Assembly: GCA_963710375.1 (NCBI GenBank)
Contig: CAVPZX010000004.1
Coordinates: 32,001-96,000 of the forward strand
Length of the DNA stretch: 64,000 nt
Source of the DNA: Nitrospirota bacterium
GTDB lineage: Bacteria > Nitrospirota > Thermodesulfovibrionia > Thermodesulfovibrionales > Dissulfurispiraceae
Direction of reading: 5' to 3'
Below are positions 1-11,663 of the stretch, one piece after another (position 1 is the first letter of the stretch; the number at the start of each line of letters is the position of its first letter). The notes beneath the pieces were generated by a model. That model saw only the letters and a list, made by a program, of their open reading frames with translations, was not told where the DNA came from and did no database searches. The position numbers and the translations under genes were made by a program.

Positions 1-2302
1 TGGTCTGTGTATGAGGACATGCAAGACCCGTAGGGTAGTCTTTTCCGCCATGACTCACGTCAATAAAGCTGGGAATGAAGAGCGCATCTATGCCCGCATC
101 CACGAGGTATTTTATATGACCATGTGCGACTTTTACAGGAAAACAGGCTTCCGAAAGAACATTCTCAACACCCAGCTGCACTATCTGCTTATTCGTCTTT
201 GGAGAAACTACTACCTCAAAACCGAGTTCCCACAGAAAAGCCGTCCAGAAAGGGAGATAATCATGAAAAAAGAAAATGTAAGGTATTCCTATTTTTATTT
301 TTTCATCTCCCTGTTTCTCCGTTTCCCCGGGTTTCTGAGCCATCCTAGCCAAGTGCGTCTTCCAGAGCATTTCCTCCCTGTATTCAAAGGGGTCAGGGAG
401 CGATAGAGTTTTGGACCGCCTGACGTCATAGCGTTCGCACCTGCCTCCGTAAAAGAGGTGTTCTTCTTCGCCTTGTATCTTTACCCTGTTTATCTCACAT
501 ACATTTGAACATCCTTTGCATTCAAACGAGGCAATCTCATACGGACGCTTTGAAAGGGAAAATCCTTTGAACCTGGTTCTCTGTTCAGCAGCCGGCAGCA
601 GTTTCATGTGCCTCATTGCAATAAGGGCCATGCCGATGGCTCCGGTAACATCGTGATTTGGCGGTACAGTAATACCTGTGCCCAGGTATTTCTCAAAAGC
701 GGCCACAACAGCCTTGTTAAAGGCGACACCGCCCTGGAAGAAAATATTCTTTCCGATAGGTTTTCCTGCAATTACCCTATTTACATAATTCTGCACAATT
801 GAGTAAGCAAGTCCAGCCAGGAGGTCATCTCTTGCAGCCCCCCTTTGAAGGTTCGCCATAAGCGAATTTTCCATAAAAACTGTGCAGCGCTCGCCAAGTC
901 TGCAGGGCCGCTTTGAATGGAATGCGAGAGCCGCGAATTCATCTTTCACCGGGATTCCGAGTTTTTCAGCCTGTTCCTCAAGGAAAGAGCCTGTTCCAGC
1001 CGCGCATGCCTTATTCATTTCAAAGTCAACAATAACCCCTTCTCTTATAGAAATATATTTTGAGTCCTGCCCGCCGATCTCAAATATTGTGTCAACAGCA
1101 GGATTGATAAAAATAGCAGCGGTTGCCTGGGCCGTGATCTCGTTCTTGACAATATCTGCGCCTACGTAATCGGCGATCATGTATCTCCCCGAGCCGGTTG
1201 TTCCCACTCCAAGAATGTCGACTGTGTTTCCCACCTCGGCATAAAGCTCATCGAGACCCTTCATGACGGCGTCAATAGGCCTTCCGGCAGTCATAAGATA
1301 CCGTTTGGCGATAAGCGTGCCATGCTCATCGACCAGAGCAAGGTTAGTGCTTATAGAGCCTATGTCTATCCCCATATAAGCACCTGTATGCTCCTCTGTA
1401 AATACAGGGGTCCCTCCGTTCTTTCTATCCCGGCCGGGCAGGGCTGCTGCTGAGAAAAGAGGCTGGTGTCCCTGATCATCAAGCCTGGCTGACGAGAGGA
1501 AGGCATCGAGGGCATAGGGATCATAATCGTTGATGAAGTGATCATCCATGTCCTTAAGAGCGGCGCCTAGCGCTCCCATAAAGAAGTGATCCTCAGGGAT
1601 GAACAATTCATCAAGTTCAAAAACCTCTTTAAAGGCACGCACCATCCCCTTGTTTGCTGCTACGCCGCCCTGAAAAGCAACAGGAAGCTTCAGGTCTCTC
1701 CCTTTAACAATACTGCTCTTGAAATTCCTTGCAACTGCGAAACATAAACCTGAAACAATGTCCTCCATAGGGGTCGCAATCTGCTGGAGATGTATCATGT
1801 CGGATTTTGCAAAAACACTGCATCGTCCCGCTATCTTTGCGGGCCTTGCCGAGTGCACAGAAATTTCACTGAACTCTTCTATGCTCATTCTCAGTCGCTC
1901 AGCCTGCTGCTCAAGAAAGGACCCGGTACCGGCAGCACAGACCGAGTTCATCGAAAAGTCCGTGATTTGTCCGTCCTCCATCAAAATAAGTTTTGAGTCT
2001 TCGCCGCCGATCTCTATAATGGTATTAATGCTGGGGAATAATTTCTTGACGGAATAGGATTGTGAGATTATCTCGTTGAGGTACTTTATTTCCAGCCTAG
2101 AGGCGAGCATTTTAGCAGCCGAACCCGTAAGAGAGAGTCCGCTTGCGGGATAAAGCTTCTTTGCTTCTTTCAAAAGGGTTGCGGCGGTACCGCCGGGGTG
2201 GCCGAAATGCCTGACATAATCCCTTCTGAGCACGTTCCCGCGCGCATCAAGGACAACAAGCTTAATAGCGACCGATCCGGCATCAAGACCGATAAAATAC
2301 AT
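1..2302 (-). CDS. Acyl-CoA dehydratase activase family protein (BadF/BadG/BcrA/BcrD-type ATPase domains); runs off the window start
   Basis: Manual translation from ATG at 2302 gives MYFIGLDAGSVAIK after GGAGA. Later motifs include IEIGGEDSK, CAAGTGSFL and GIDIGSISTN. The ORF track lists no stop-terminated minus-strand ORF here. Confidence 0.85.
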   Translation of the reverse strand, partial: MYFIGLDAGSVAIKLVVLDARGNVLRRDYVRHFGHPGGTAATLLKEAKKLYPASGLSLTGSAAKMLASRLEIKYLNEIISQSYSVKKLFPSINTIIEIGGEDSKLILMEDGQITDFSMNSVCAAGTGSFLEQQAERLRMSIEEFSEISVHSARPAKIAGRCSVFAKSDMIHLQQIATPMEDIVSGLCFAVARNFKSSIVKGRDLKLPVAFQGGVAANKGMVRAFKEVFELDELFIPEDHFFMGALGAALKDMDDHFINDYDPYALDAFLSSARLDDQGHQPLFSAAALPGRDRKNGGTPVFTEEHTGAYMGIDIGSISTNLALVDEHGTLIAKRYLMTAGRPIDAVMKGLDELYAEVGNTVDILGVGTTGSGRYMIADYVGADIVKNEITAQATAAIFINPAVDTIFEIGGQDSKYISIREGVIVDFEMNKACAAGTGSFLEEQAEKLGIPVKDEFAALAFHSKRPCRLGERCTVFMENSLMANLQRGAARDDLLAGLAYSIVQNYVNRVIAGKPIGKNIFFQGGVAFNKAVVAAFEKYLGTGITVPPNHDVTGAIGMALIAMRHMKLLPAAEQRTRFKGFSLSKRPYEIASFECKGCSNVCEINRVKIQGEEEHLFYGGRCERYDVRRSKTLSLPDPFEYREEMLWKTHLARMAQKPGETEKQGDEKIKIGIPYIFFFHDYLPFWTAFLWELGFEVVVSPKTNKQIVQLGVENVLSEACFPVKVAHGHIKYLVDAGIDALFIPSFIDVSHGGKDYPTGLACPHTQT

Positions 2303-2715
2303 TGTTCTCCCCACATGGAACTGACTCATATACTTCTTCAATTTGCTCTGTAGTGTACAGGCGTGAAGGATATCCTATTCCAAAAATACCATATCCCAAG
2401 TCTTTTGAAAAGGCAGGTGCCCCTTCGAGACGCGAAAACCGGATTCCTGCCGTACTTGTCTCATAGTCGCCCTGTATGCTGAAATTTTGCAACAGGTCAT
2501 GGTAGTATACCGATAATTAATCCAAAAAATCGTTATATCGGAGATGCTGCGGGTCCAAGGGAGTATGAATGCCGAATGGCGGACGTGTTACATTCACTTC
2601 TGAAACTCTAAAATAGAGCTGTAATAGGATTGTAGTTTGACTCTGGTATGATGACCTGATAAACTTCAGCAATGAGGATGAAAAATGTTCTGGAAAATAA
2701 AAAGGCGGAACACTG

Positions 2716-4402
2716 GTGCCGTTTAATACCGTTCCCATAAAAGATTTCGTCAACCGGGAGAACGAGCTTGAATTACTTGAGGCGCTTTTCCGATCTCCGG
2801 GGTCGTACTATGGCAGGTAATATACTGCTGGAAGGGACACGGGGTATAGGCAAGACAGAACTTATCAAGCAGACATTCCGAATAATTTTCTGGGGGGACA
2901 AGAATATTGCTCCCTTTTATTATTTGTTCCAGCGGGGAATACTGAAAGCCTCTTATTTTGCGAAAGATTATTTCACGAGATTTGTGAGGCAATATCTTGC
3001 TTATCTCAAGAAAGACCCCACTTTTATCGACGGAATGGGCACGTCTCTGACGCGGCTCTTTCCGTTAATTGCTTCTCTCAGAGTCGAATGGATGATTGAT
3101 CTCATCGAAGATTTTCAGGACCATGTGAAAAACGACGATCCTTACGGTCAGGTACTGGCGGCAATTTCAGCGCCTGTCAGTGCGGCAGGCAAGAGCGGAA
3201 GGCCTGTATTCATTATGCTCGATGATTTTCATATGGCTGCCCAGCTTTACGAAACTTCTCCAGGTGATTCCCCGGGTCTCATAGGCCTGTTCGAAAGCTC
3301 TATGAGAAACTATCTTTGTCCGCACGTGCTGACAGGTTCTCCGGAGGGCATACTGGAATCTATTTTTACCGATAATTCCTTCAGAGGCATGGCAGAAAGA
3401 ATGTTCCTCGGGCAGCTCCCGGAGGATGCTGCCTATGCCCTTTTCAAGCGGTACTGCGACGATCTGCAGATAACTTGCGATAAGGAAACCATGCTCAAAT
3501 TTGTAAGAATCCTGGGCGGTAATCCGCTTTATATAAGGAATATAGTCCGGGCAATCTGGAAAATGGAGAAAAGAAACATTACGGACCTCGATATTTGGGA
3601 GATTTACAGTTTCGAAATATCCGGGGGAGAGACCGCGTTCTACTGGTCGTCAATATTGGGAGAGTTCATCAGGGATGCAGGACAGCGGAGGATAGCTGCT
3701 CAACTGTTTATGCATTTGATCAAGTCGGATAGCGAGTTCCACGATACAGGACGGCTCGCTAAAATACTTGCAGTGCCGGAAGCCTCGGTCAGGTCAGTCC
3801 TCGAATCTCTTCAGATGGCCGGCATTATCCAGGGAGTGGCCAACATAAGGCATTTGAAGGACAATGTGCTGCAGGATTTTATGCAAAGCCTCTATTTGAG
3901 AGAAGTGGAAGGCGTGAGATTGCGGCAGATACAGGAGTTGATAGAGGCAAGATATTCGTCGATAAGCGCGGCCGCCGCGCCCTCATATGAAATGGTCATC
4001 CCAATGACTTCAAACGCTGAACTGGTCGCTGCAAAAGCGGTTGAACAGATAGGCAAGAATATGAACATCGCTCCTGATGTGATAAAACATATCCAGCTCG
4101 CGCTCATCGAGACTTGCCTCAATGCGATCGAGCACAGTGGCAGTTATGACAAAAAGGTGACGCTTAAATTTACCACATTGGCGGAAAGGCTCGAGATAAT
4201 GATCGAGTGCCCGGGCAAGTTTTTTGATATCGAAAATATCGAAGAGGTTGCTGTCGAGGAAAAATTGCGTTCCGAGCATAAAAGAGGCTGGGGGATGAAG
4301 CTTATTCGCACGATTATGGATGAAGTCAGAATAGAGAGAATAGAAGACAGGACAAGGATAGTCCTTATAAAAAACATAAAACCTAGCGAGGTGCTCAGAT
4401 GA
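2716..4402 (+). CDS. AAA/STAND-like ATPase fused to C-terminal RsbW-type HATPase_c kinase domain; apparent +1 frameshift near 2768
   Basis: Walker A GTRGIGKT, Walker B FIMLDDFH, GGNPLY; C-terminal ETCLNAIEH and RGWGMKLIRTIMDEV. The upstream GTG frame (2716) encodes PFNTVPIKDFVNRENEL, a typical ATPase N-terminus. Confidence 0.75.
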
Positions 4403-4797
4403 GTGTTACAAACGGTTTTAAAGTGACTTCAACACGCATAAGCGACGTGGCGGTTCTTTACCCGCAAGGGTATTTGAACAATATCGCCGGAGAGAACCTC
4501 GTGAAGGAATGCACCGCCTGTCTTGAAAGTGACGTCAGGAAAGTCGTATTGAACTTCAGGGAAACGGATTATATCAACACTATCGGTATTTCAATGCTGC
4601 TTGGCATTATCGAAAAGCTGAGAGAAGCCGGGGGGACACTTTGTTTTACCGAGATGAGCAAGACATATAGCGAAACTTTCGAGATGCTCGGACTTACAAA
4701 ATTCATACTTGTCTTTCCCGACGAGAATGCGGCCATAAAATATTTGAGTGACGGAAATACGCATGGCCGTGGAAATCGGGATGGCGGAGTGTGTTAA
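4399..4797 (+). CDS. STAS-domain anti-sigma factor antagonist (RsbV/SpoIIAA-like)
   Basis: VVLNFRETDYINTIGISMLL motif; ATGA overlap with the upstream kinase gene. Confidence 0.85.
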   Translation: MSVTNGFKVTSTRISDVAVLYPQGYLNNIAGENLVKECTACLESDVRKVVLNFRETDYINTIGISMLLGIIEKLREAGGTLCFTEMSKTYSETFEMLGLTKFILVFPDENAAIKYLSDGNTHGRGNRDGGVC

Positions 4798-4834
4798 TTA
4801 TAAATCACTATACTGACAGGGGGCTGAATTAGCT

Positions 4835-6001
4835 GTGATGAATCAGGAGAATAATTCCGTATTGGAAAAAATCAGAGAGGGCTATGGCCTTCCCGTGCTG
4901 TCCCCGATTGCCCTGCGCCTCAGGGAACTTGCTTCAAGCGAGACTGCTTCAATTGATGATCTGGCTTCTCTGATGGCAAAGGACCCGTCCCTTGCCGCTC
5001 GACTGCTGAGGCTTGCGAACGCAGCATTTTTCGGAAACGAAGGACAAATTACCACCATAGAAAAGGCAATTATGAGGGTTGGCTTTATGCATCTCCGGAA
5101 TATGGCCCTTTCTATTTCCCTTAGGGACGCATTCCCGATGGGTAAGGTTGGCGCGATGGACTATGAAGAATTCTGGAGGTCGTCCCTTTACAGGGCCATC
5201 ATCGCACGAAGTCTCGCAAGGACAAAGAAAACATGCAATCCTGAAGAGGCATTTGTTGCCGGACTGACGCTTGAGATAGGATCGTTAATCTTTTTTGACC
5301 TGTTTATAAAGGGTAAAAGCGATTTCATGCCAGGGCCATATCCCTTTGAGACCCTCATTGAATGGGAACAGGAACAATTCGGAGTCAACCATCGTGATAT
5401 AGGACACCAGGCGCTCAGGTACTGGAATTTTCCTGAAATTATCCTTGAATGCCAGGATGCTTGCCTCAATGAAAAACGGCAGGACAGAGTCCCTCCCCTT
5501 GCTCTACTTTGTGATGCGGCACGCAGGTTTTCTTATCTGATCAGCGAACAAGGGGCTGGATGGCATGTTATGTTCACTGAAGTTGAGACGATTTACGGTA
5601 TAAAAAGCGAGGTGCTTACGCCGCTTCTCGTGTCGGCATTCAATGAGGTTCAGGAAATTTCAGAGACCCTGAAAGTGAATATGAGCAGGGAAGGCGACCT
5701 CATAAAGCTCCTGGAGAAGGCGAATTTTACGCTTCAAAAGCTGATACTGACAATGACAAAGTGGATTTTTTTTGTGTTCAATGGGAAGGGCCTGGACGGA
5801 TCGCAACTAATGGCCCAATACTCGCTGACAGAAAGACTGCAAATGGTCGCATTCGAAATCAAAAAACCGCTCGAAATAATACGAGAATTTATCGACAACC
5901 TTGTTCCCTCAATCAGTCCCGATTCCAGGGAGTGGAGTCATGTCCAGGCTATTACTGAAGAAGTGAAGAAGGTCGAACTGGCAGCCCTGCTGTTGAAATA
6001 G
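4835..6001 (+). CDS. HDOD-domain signalling protein with degenerate HisKA-like C-terminal helix
   Basis: LPVLSP...KDPSLAARLLRLANAAFF, EEAFVAGL, FGVNHRDIG...WNFPE. Confidence 0.85.
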   Translation: MMNQENNSVLEKIREGYGLPVLSPIALRLRELASSETASIDDLASLMAKDPSLAARLLRLANAAFFGNEGQITTIEKAIMRVGFMHLRNMALSISLRDAFPMGKVGAMDYEEFWRSSLYRAIIARSLARTKKTCNPEEAFVAGLTLEIGSLIFFDLFIKGKSDFMPGPYPFETLIEWEQEQFGVNHRDIGHQALRYWNFPEIILECQDACLNEKRQDRVPPLALLCDAARRFSYLISEQGAGWHVMFTEVETIYGIKSEVLTPLLVSAFNEVQEISETLKVNMSREGDLIKLLEKANFTLQKLILTMTKWIFFVFNGKGLDGSQLMAQYSLTERLQMVAFEIKKPLEIIREFIDNLVPSISPDSREWSHVQAITEEVKKVELAALLLK

Positions 6002-6002
6002 G

Positions 6003-7226
6003 TTACCTTCCGCCTCCGGCGTCAGTAAGCAGCTTTACAATATCCTGGAATTTTCTTTTTGCAGCCGAGTTAAGTGCGGTCTCGCCGCTGTCATCCTGTG
6101 CATCAAGAGCACAGCCCCCTTTGCTAAGCAGCATTTTTACGACATCAGTGTATCCATTGTCCGCAGCAACAATAAGGGATGTCCTTCCGCTTTCGTCAAC
6201 AGCATTTATATCGGCGTTTTTATTCAAAAGCAGTTTGACAATATCGGTGTTGTTCCTTTCAACGGCAACATCAAGGGGTGTTCTGTCAAGATCGTCAGCA
6301 CTATCAATTGCGGCCCCTTTTTTTATCAATATTTTTGCAACGTCGGTATTGCCTTTGTTGACAGCCATCAGAAGGGGGGTAACGCCGTCACTGTCAGCGG
6401 TTCGGACATCGACACTCTTGCCGACCAGCGCTTTCACCATGTCATTATTACCCTTCTCGATTGCAAGGAGAAGCGCCGTAGTGCCGTTGTCATCGGCAGC
6501 ATTGATGTCAGCCCCCTTGTCGATCAAAAATTTGGCCAGTTCAGCCTGGTCGCCTAAAAGTGCTGCCATAAGAACTGTGACTCCATCATTATTTGAACTG
6601 CTGACTGCGGCCCCCTTCTTTACCAGCATCTTTGCAAGTTCAGCGTGGCCGTGATAGGCGGCAATAAAAAGTGCTGTCCTCCCGGTATTGTCGTTTTCCT
6701 CAATATCAGCCCCCCTTTCAATCAGAAGCCGGGCAACAGCCAAACGCCCTCTCAATTCCGGACCAGCCCTTACTTTGTCTGCCCGGTGCGCGCGATCAAG
6801 TTTTTTTTCCAGGACATCAAGGGCATGTATCAGAACGGTCCGATCGGCATTATCACGTGCGTTGATATACGCTCCGCTGTCGAGCAGTATATTGACGCTC
6901 TCGACATTGCCTTTATCCGCCGCAATCGTCAGTGCGGTTCTGCCGCTTTTATCGATATCGTTGAGTCCAGCTCCTTGCGCAAGCAATAACTTCATTATTT
7001 CGGCTTGATTAAACGAGGCCGCAAGCATCAGGGGGGTCACGCCATTGAGGCACAGCTTAATATCAGGATCAGCTCCCTTGTCCAAAAGGCTTTGCACCTG
7101 CGGTAAATTCCCGTTTACTACTTCATCGCAGAGCCGGACGTTGACAATTGTGCCTGATAAGGCCGGCAGGCAGGAAACGATAAGCAGCAAGCCTGTTGTC
7201 ACAACGATGTTCATTAAATGGCGCAT
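6003..7226 (-). CDS. Secreted ankyrin-repeat protein
   Basis: N-terminal hydrophobic signal; many G-TPL/TAL...G--D-VK-LL--GAD-N repeats. Confidence 0.9.
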   Translation of the reverse strand: MRHLMNIVVTTGLLLIVSCLPALSGTIVNVRLCDEVVNGNLPQVQSLLDKGADPDIKLCLNGVTPLMLAASFNQAEIMKLLLAQGAGLNDIDKSGRTALTIAADKGNVESVNILLDSGAYINARDNADRTVLIHALDVLEKKLDRAHRADKVRAGPELRGRLAVARLLIERGADIEENDNTGRTALFIAAYHGHAELAKMLVKKGAAVSSSNNDGVTVLMAALLGDQAELAKFLIDKGADINAADDNGTTALLLAIEKGNNDMVKALVGKSVDVRTADSDGVTPLLMAVNKGNTDVAKILIKKGAAIDSADDLDRTPLDVAVERNNTDIVKLLLNKNADINAVDESGRTSLIVAADNGYTDVVKMLLSKGGCALDAQDDSGETALNSAAKRKFQDIVKLLTDAGGGR

Positions 7227-7272
7227 AATGCAGTATGAAAGGTAGAGCTTTGGTGGATTACTTTTTTCCGGT

Positions 7273-7482
7273 TTATACGGTCTGCTGCTTAAACTCTTTC
7301 ATAATTTTTTTTATTTCGTCTGAACTCTTCGAAACGGTGCGGGTCTTTTCGCCACGCAAGTATTCCCCTTCGTACACGTCCCAGTTGCCATGCTGGTTTG
7401 CAACATATTTAACTCCGTCGGCGTCATAGCACGTTACAAATACATTGGAGTAAAATGATTTTACGTAATCCCTCTTGATCAT
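7273..7482 (-). CDS. Small hypothetical protein
   Basis: ORF with AGGAGA ribosome-binding site before ATG 7482; fills the gap between co-oriented genes. Confidence 0.55.
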   Translation of the reverse strand: MIKRDYVKSFYSNVFVTCYDADGVKYVANQHGNWDVYEGEYLRGEKTRTVSKSSDEIKKIMKEFKQQTV

Positions 7483-7587
7483 ACTATTTCTCCTGCCGGA
7501 TATTAAGGAATCCAATGTTGTTATTGTCTCCAAGTCATTATACGTTTTCGGAATGCATTTGTAAATACCTCGGAAGTTCCTGCGTCC

Positions 7588-10500
7588 TTATTTCTCCTCG
7601 CACCACTTGCGGGCATTCTGGAATATCTTCAGCCATGGGGAAACTTTGAGTGTTTTCTTCATGTGCTCGGGCATCCATGCCCACTGCCACGTCAGGAACG
7701 TCCTTTCGGGATGGGGCATTAGAGCAAGATGCCTGCCGTCGGCAGTGCACAGGGCTGCAATTCCCGAAGGAGAGCCGTTTGGATTGAAGGGATAACTTTC
7801 CGTTATTTTACCGCTGTCATCTATGAACCGTATAGGTGCTAGGTTCTTGCTCATCACTTCTCTGTATATATTATCATCCGGGAAGTGAGCTCTCCCTTCG
7901 CCATGGGCCACCCATATACCGAGCGCAGAGCCTTCCATACCTTTCAGCATCAGCGCAGGGCTTTTGAGAATCCTTACTGCAGCAAAACGTGATTCAAATC
8001 TGCCCGACCTGTTCTGGATGAACCTCGGCTGGCGTTTACCAGGAATGCCCTGCCAGGGTACCCACCCGAGCAGCGCAGCGAGCTGGCACCCGTTGCATAC
8101 ACTTAAGCTGAATGTGTCCGCCCTCTTATAAAAATCATCGAACTGCTTAAAAAGAGTCTTGCTGAATCGTATAGTGCCGGCCCATCCCTTTCCAGAATCG
8201 AGCACATCTGCATAACTGAACCCCCCGACAAAAGCTATACCCTTAAACCGTGAGAGCGTTACACTGTCGCAGAGCAGATCGGTCATAGTCACGTCCCAGG
8301 GCTCAAAACCGGCCTGATAAAATGCTGAAGCCATTTCCCTGTCGGAATTGCTGCCTTCCTCCCTGACAACCGCAACAGCGGGTTTCACCTTCTTTTTCAT
8401 AAAAACAGCGGGCGTCTGCTTCGGGGTAAAGGAGAGATGGAATGAGGGCCCGGGCCTGTCATAAATTACAGCTTTCTCTTCAAGAACACACTCGGGATTT
8501 GCCTGAAGCATGTCCAGCTCGGTGGCTTGTCTCTTCCCATACGGATCTGAGTTCCAGCAAGTCCTTATCTAATACCAATTCACCGTTAAGGCGTATCCTG
8601 ATAGTCTTTTCAGTAAGACTGCCGCCGATAATATGGTAAGACACTTTGTTAGCCTTCAGTATAGACACAATTTCTTTCTCGTACTTTTTTTCATACTCCA
8701 CAACCAGTCCCAGTTCTTCCGAAAAGAAGACAGCGACGGGATCATCTGAATTACCGTCCTTGAGATCGACTTCCAGCCCGCAATTCCCTGAAAAGGCCAT
8801 TTCGAGCAGTGTAGTGATGAGACCTCCGTCGCTCCTGTCATGGCCTGCAAGCACCAGACCGCCATCTATCAGGAGTTGCACCGCATTAAAAACGTCCTTA
8901 AGCAGATGGCTGTCTTCCACATCGGGAGACGTGATCCCCACCTGTTTATAGCACTGGGCAAGCGCCGAACCTCCAAGCCTGTTTTTCCCCGACCCCATAT
9001 CGATATAGATAAGCCTGCTCTTGCCCTGGGCTTTAAGGTCAGGCGTAATCACCTTTGTAATATCAGGGCACGGGGCATAAGCAGATATAACCAGCGCTCC
9101 CGGGGACTTCACCATTTCAGTTTCTCCGGAGGGCTGTGTCACAATTGAAGCCATTGAGAGGCTGTCTTTACCACCGTCAACGGCAATGCCGAGTTCCAGC
9201 ATTATGTCCCTCATCGCTAAAGCAGCATCATAAAGCCGCGCGCCTTCGCCCGGAAGTTTTGGCGCCCACATCCAGTTGGCGGAACACCTGATATCCCTGA
9301 GCGCGCTTATTCGGGCCCAAATAATATTGGTTAACGCTTCTCCGACAGACATCCTGGCCATAGCTGAAGGATTGATGATCCCTTTGATCGGCTGCTCACC
9401 TATGGCTATGGCTGAACCGGTCAGGCCAAAATGGCTTTGTGCTATAACGGCCACGTCGGATACAGTGAGGCTGAAGCGGCCCTGCGCACTGCTGCCTGGC
9501 AATCAGACCTGAAACCGACCTGTCCACCTTGTTTGTCAGAAATCTCTTTGACCCCACCGATATAAGCCTGAGCACCCTGCCCAGAGCATCTTCAAACGAA
9601 AAGTCGTCAGGCAGGTCAAGCGGTTGCATATTGTAGTGAATGCGTTCCATTCTGAATACTTTCCTCGGCATGTCCCCAAGTACCCGTTCCAGGCTTAACT
9701 GCTCGGCAACCGTACCGTCATTCCCATCATATACTACAATTTCTCCGTTACCGGTTATTTCCCCGATCACTGCAACAGGGACCTTTTCCCTGCAGCAAAG
9801 CCTCATGAACATCTCTGTTTTCTCGGGGCGGATAAGAAGGGCGTCTTGTTCCTGGTATTCGGCGCCCCATATTTCAAGAACGGACAATGTATAATCGCCT
9901 GTAATTACCTTTCGAATATCGATCTTGGCGCCTGCCGGATGGACAATTTCCTTTACAACGTTGCAATTGCCGCCGGCCCCCTGGTCATGGATGCTGACAA
10001 TAGGATTGTCATCACCGAGTTCGATACATGCCCTTATGACCCTGTTCAGCTTTTGCTCCATTTCCGCATCGCCGCGCTGCACGGCGTTGAAATCGAGTTC
10101 CTCTACGTTTTCTCCCTGTATCATGCTTGAAGCAGACCCGCCTCCCATACCAATACGGTATGCAGGTCCGCCGATCTTGACCACTGACATGCCCGGTTCC
10201 GGCTCTTGTTTCTTTATGTGACGCGCATCGATCTGCCCTACGCCGCCGGTAAACATTATCGGTTTAATCCATTCCCTTCTCTCGCCGTCAGGGAGTCTCA
10301 GCCCGAACGACCTGGTAAAGCCCTGAATGACCGGTTCGCCAAACTTGTTTCCGTAGTCCGATGCCCCGTTGCTTGCCTCAATTTCTATCTGGAGCGGCGA
10401 GGCCATATTGCCGGGATAAATAAAGCAGCCGTGCTCCCAGGGCAGCGGATATCCCGGGATTTGTAAGTTTCCCACGCAGTAAGCCGCTGTTCCGGCAACA

Positions 10501-11528
10501 AAGAGGCTTCCCCTCCCAGTTGCATGCACGTCCCTTATTCTGCCGCCGGTGCCCGTTTCAGCGCCTGGAAACGGCGCAACCCCGGAAGGGAAATTATGTG
10601 TTTCTGCAGTAAAAATAATATGGTAAGCACATTGGGACAGCCTTAGCGGAGAGAAGGCCAGAGGATTTTCCGGCATAATAGTCGAAATTTCATATCCCCT
10701 GATAGCACTCGAATTGTCCCTGAATGCTATAATGCTGTTGCCTGGGTTTCTTATGTAAGGCTCCTTGACGATCTGCATCAGGTTTTCAGGCAGGGCCTTG
10801 CCGTCAATAATAAGCCTGCCGTTGAAAAACCAATGGCGGGAGTGTTCGCTGTTGGACTGGCTCAGGTCGAAGCATTCCACGTCGGTCGGATCTCTTTTCA
10901 GCTCATCTTTAAATAACCGGTAGTAAAAATCGATGTCCCATTCATCGAAGCCGAGACCCAACTCTTTGTTGATCTGCACCAGCGCCTGTTTGCCATATTC
11001 CATGACAGGTATGATTTTGACCGGTTCAGGCCTGATCCCTGTCTCAAAAGTCGTAAGGGGCTCGCGGTACAGGGTTTCTGTCATCCTGTCGTGAATAAGC
11101 CTGTGGAATTCTTCTTTAGGAAAAGCTGCCTGTTTACCGCCCTTTCGCGGCAGCAGCCTGAATCTCCTGGAGCGCTCTATGCGCCAGACTTTCAGCAAAC
11201 CGCAGGCGTGGCAGATCGAAACTGCATTCGCAGACCACGCTGTAGTAAAGTTCAATCGCGGACCTACCTCAAAGTAGTATCCATCTCCAGCCAAGAAACT
11301 CTTGTCGGAAAAGTTGTCAGGCTCGAAGGTCTCGGCAAGGAGCCACCGGAGGACTTTCAGTTCTCTCTCGGTGAGAGGTCCCGATGTCTCTATATTAAAG
11401 CAGAACTCTGTTTCAATATCTGCGATATCAGGAGAGATACTTTCCTTCACCGTGTTCAGGAGCACGTTTCTCTTATACGGAGAGAGGGCAGGGGTGCGAT
11501 AGAGATGGAAAAGTTTTTTATCCGACAT
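7588..11528 (-). CDS. purL: Phosphoribosylformylglycinamidine synthase, large single-chain form; split over three frames by two apparent 1-bp insertions (~9469, ~8521)
   Basis: QSNSEHSRHWFF, AETHNFPSGVAPFPGAETGTGGRIRD, HDQGAGG, GGKDSLSM, GGFSYADVL, VCNGCQL, MPHPER. Removing 2 nt gives a 1312-aa ORF. Confidence 0.93.
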
Positions 11529-11663
11529 TGTCTGCTTCTCGACAATATATTCGCATGGAACATTTTACCATACTGCACAGCAGAGATTGTAAACTATGCC
11601 GGCACTCTCTCCGGATAAAAAAGTCACCGTCCATGTTTTTCCGTAATCGGAATTATATCTGTT

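Noticed and set aside
11..2057. Several plus-strand ORFs of 64-131 aa
   Set aside because: Antisense shadows of the minus-strand CoA-activase gene
2283..2753. Short minus-strand ORFs and a small GGCAGG/CCTGCC stem in the divergent intergenic region
   Set aside because: No recognisable motif, RBS or riboswitch consensus
8480..9502. Separate purL/purQ-like genes or programmed frameshifting
   Set aside because: Breaks fall inside conserved domains, lack slippery sites, and are each repaired by deleting one base
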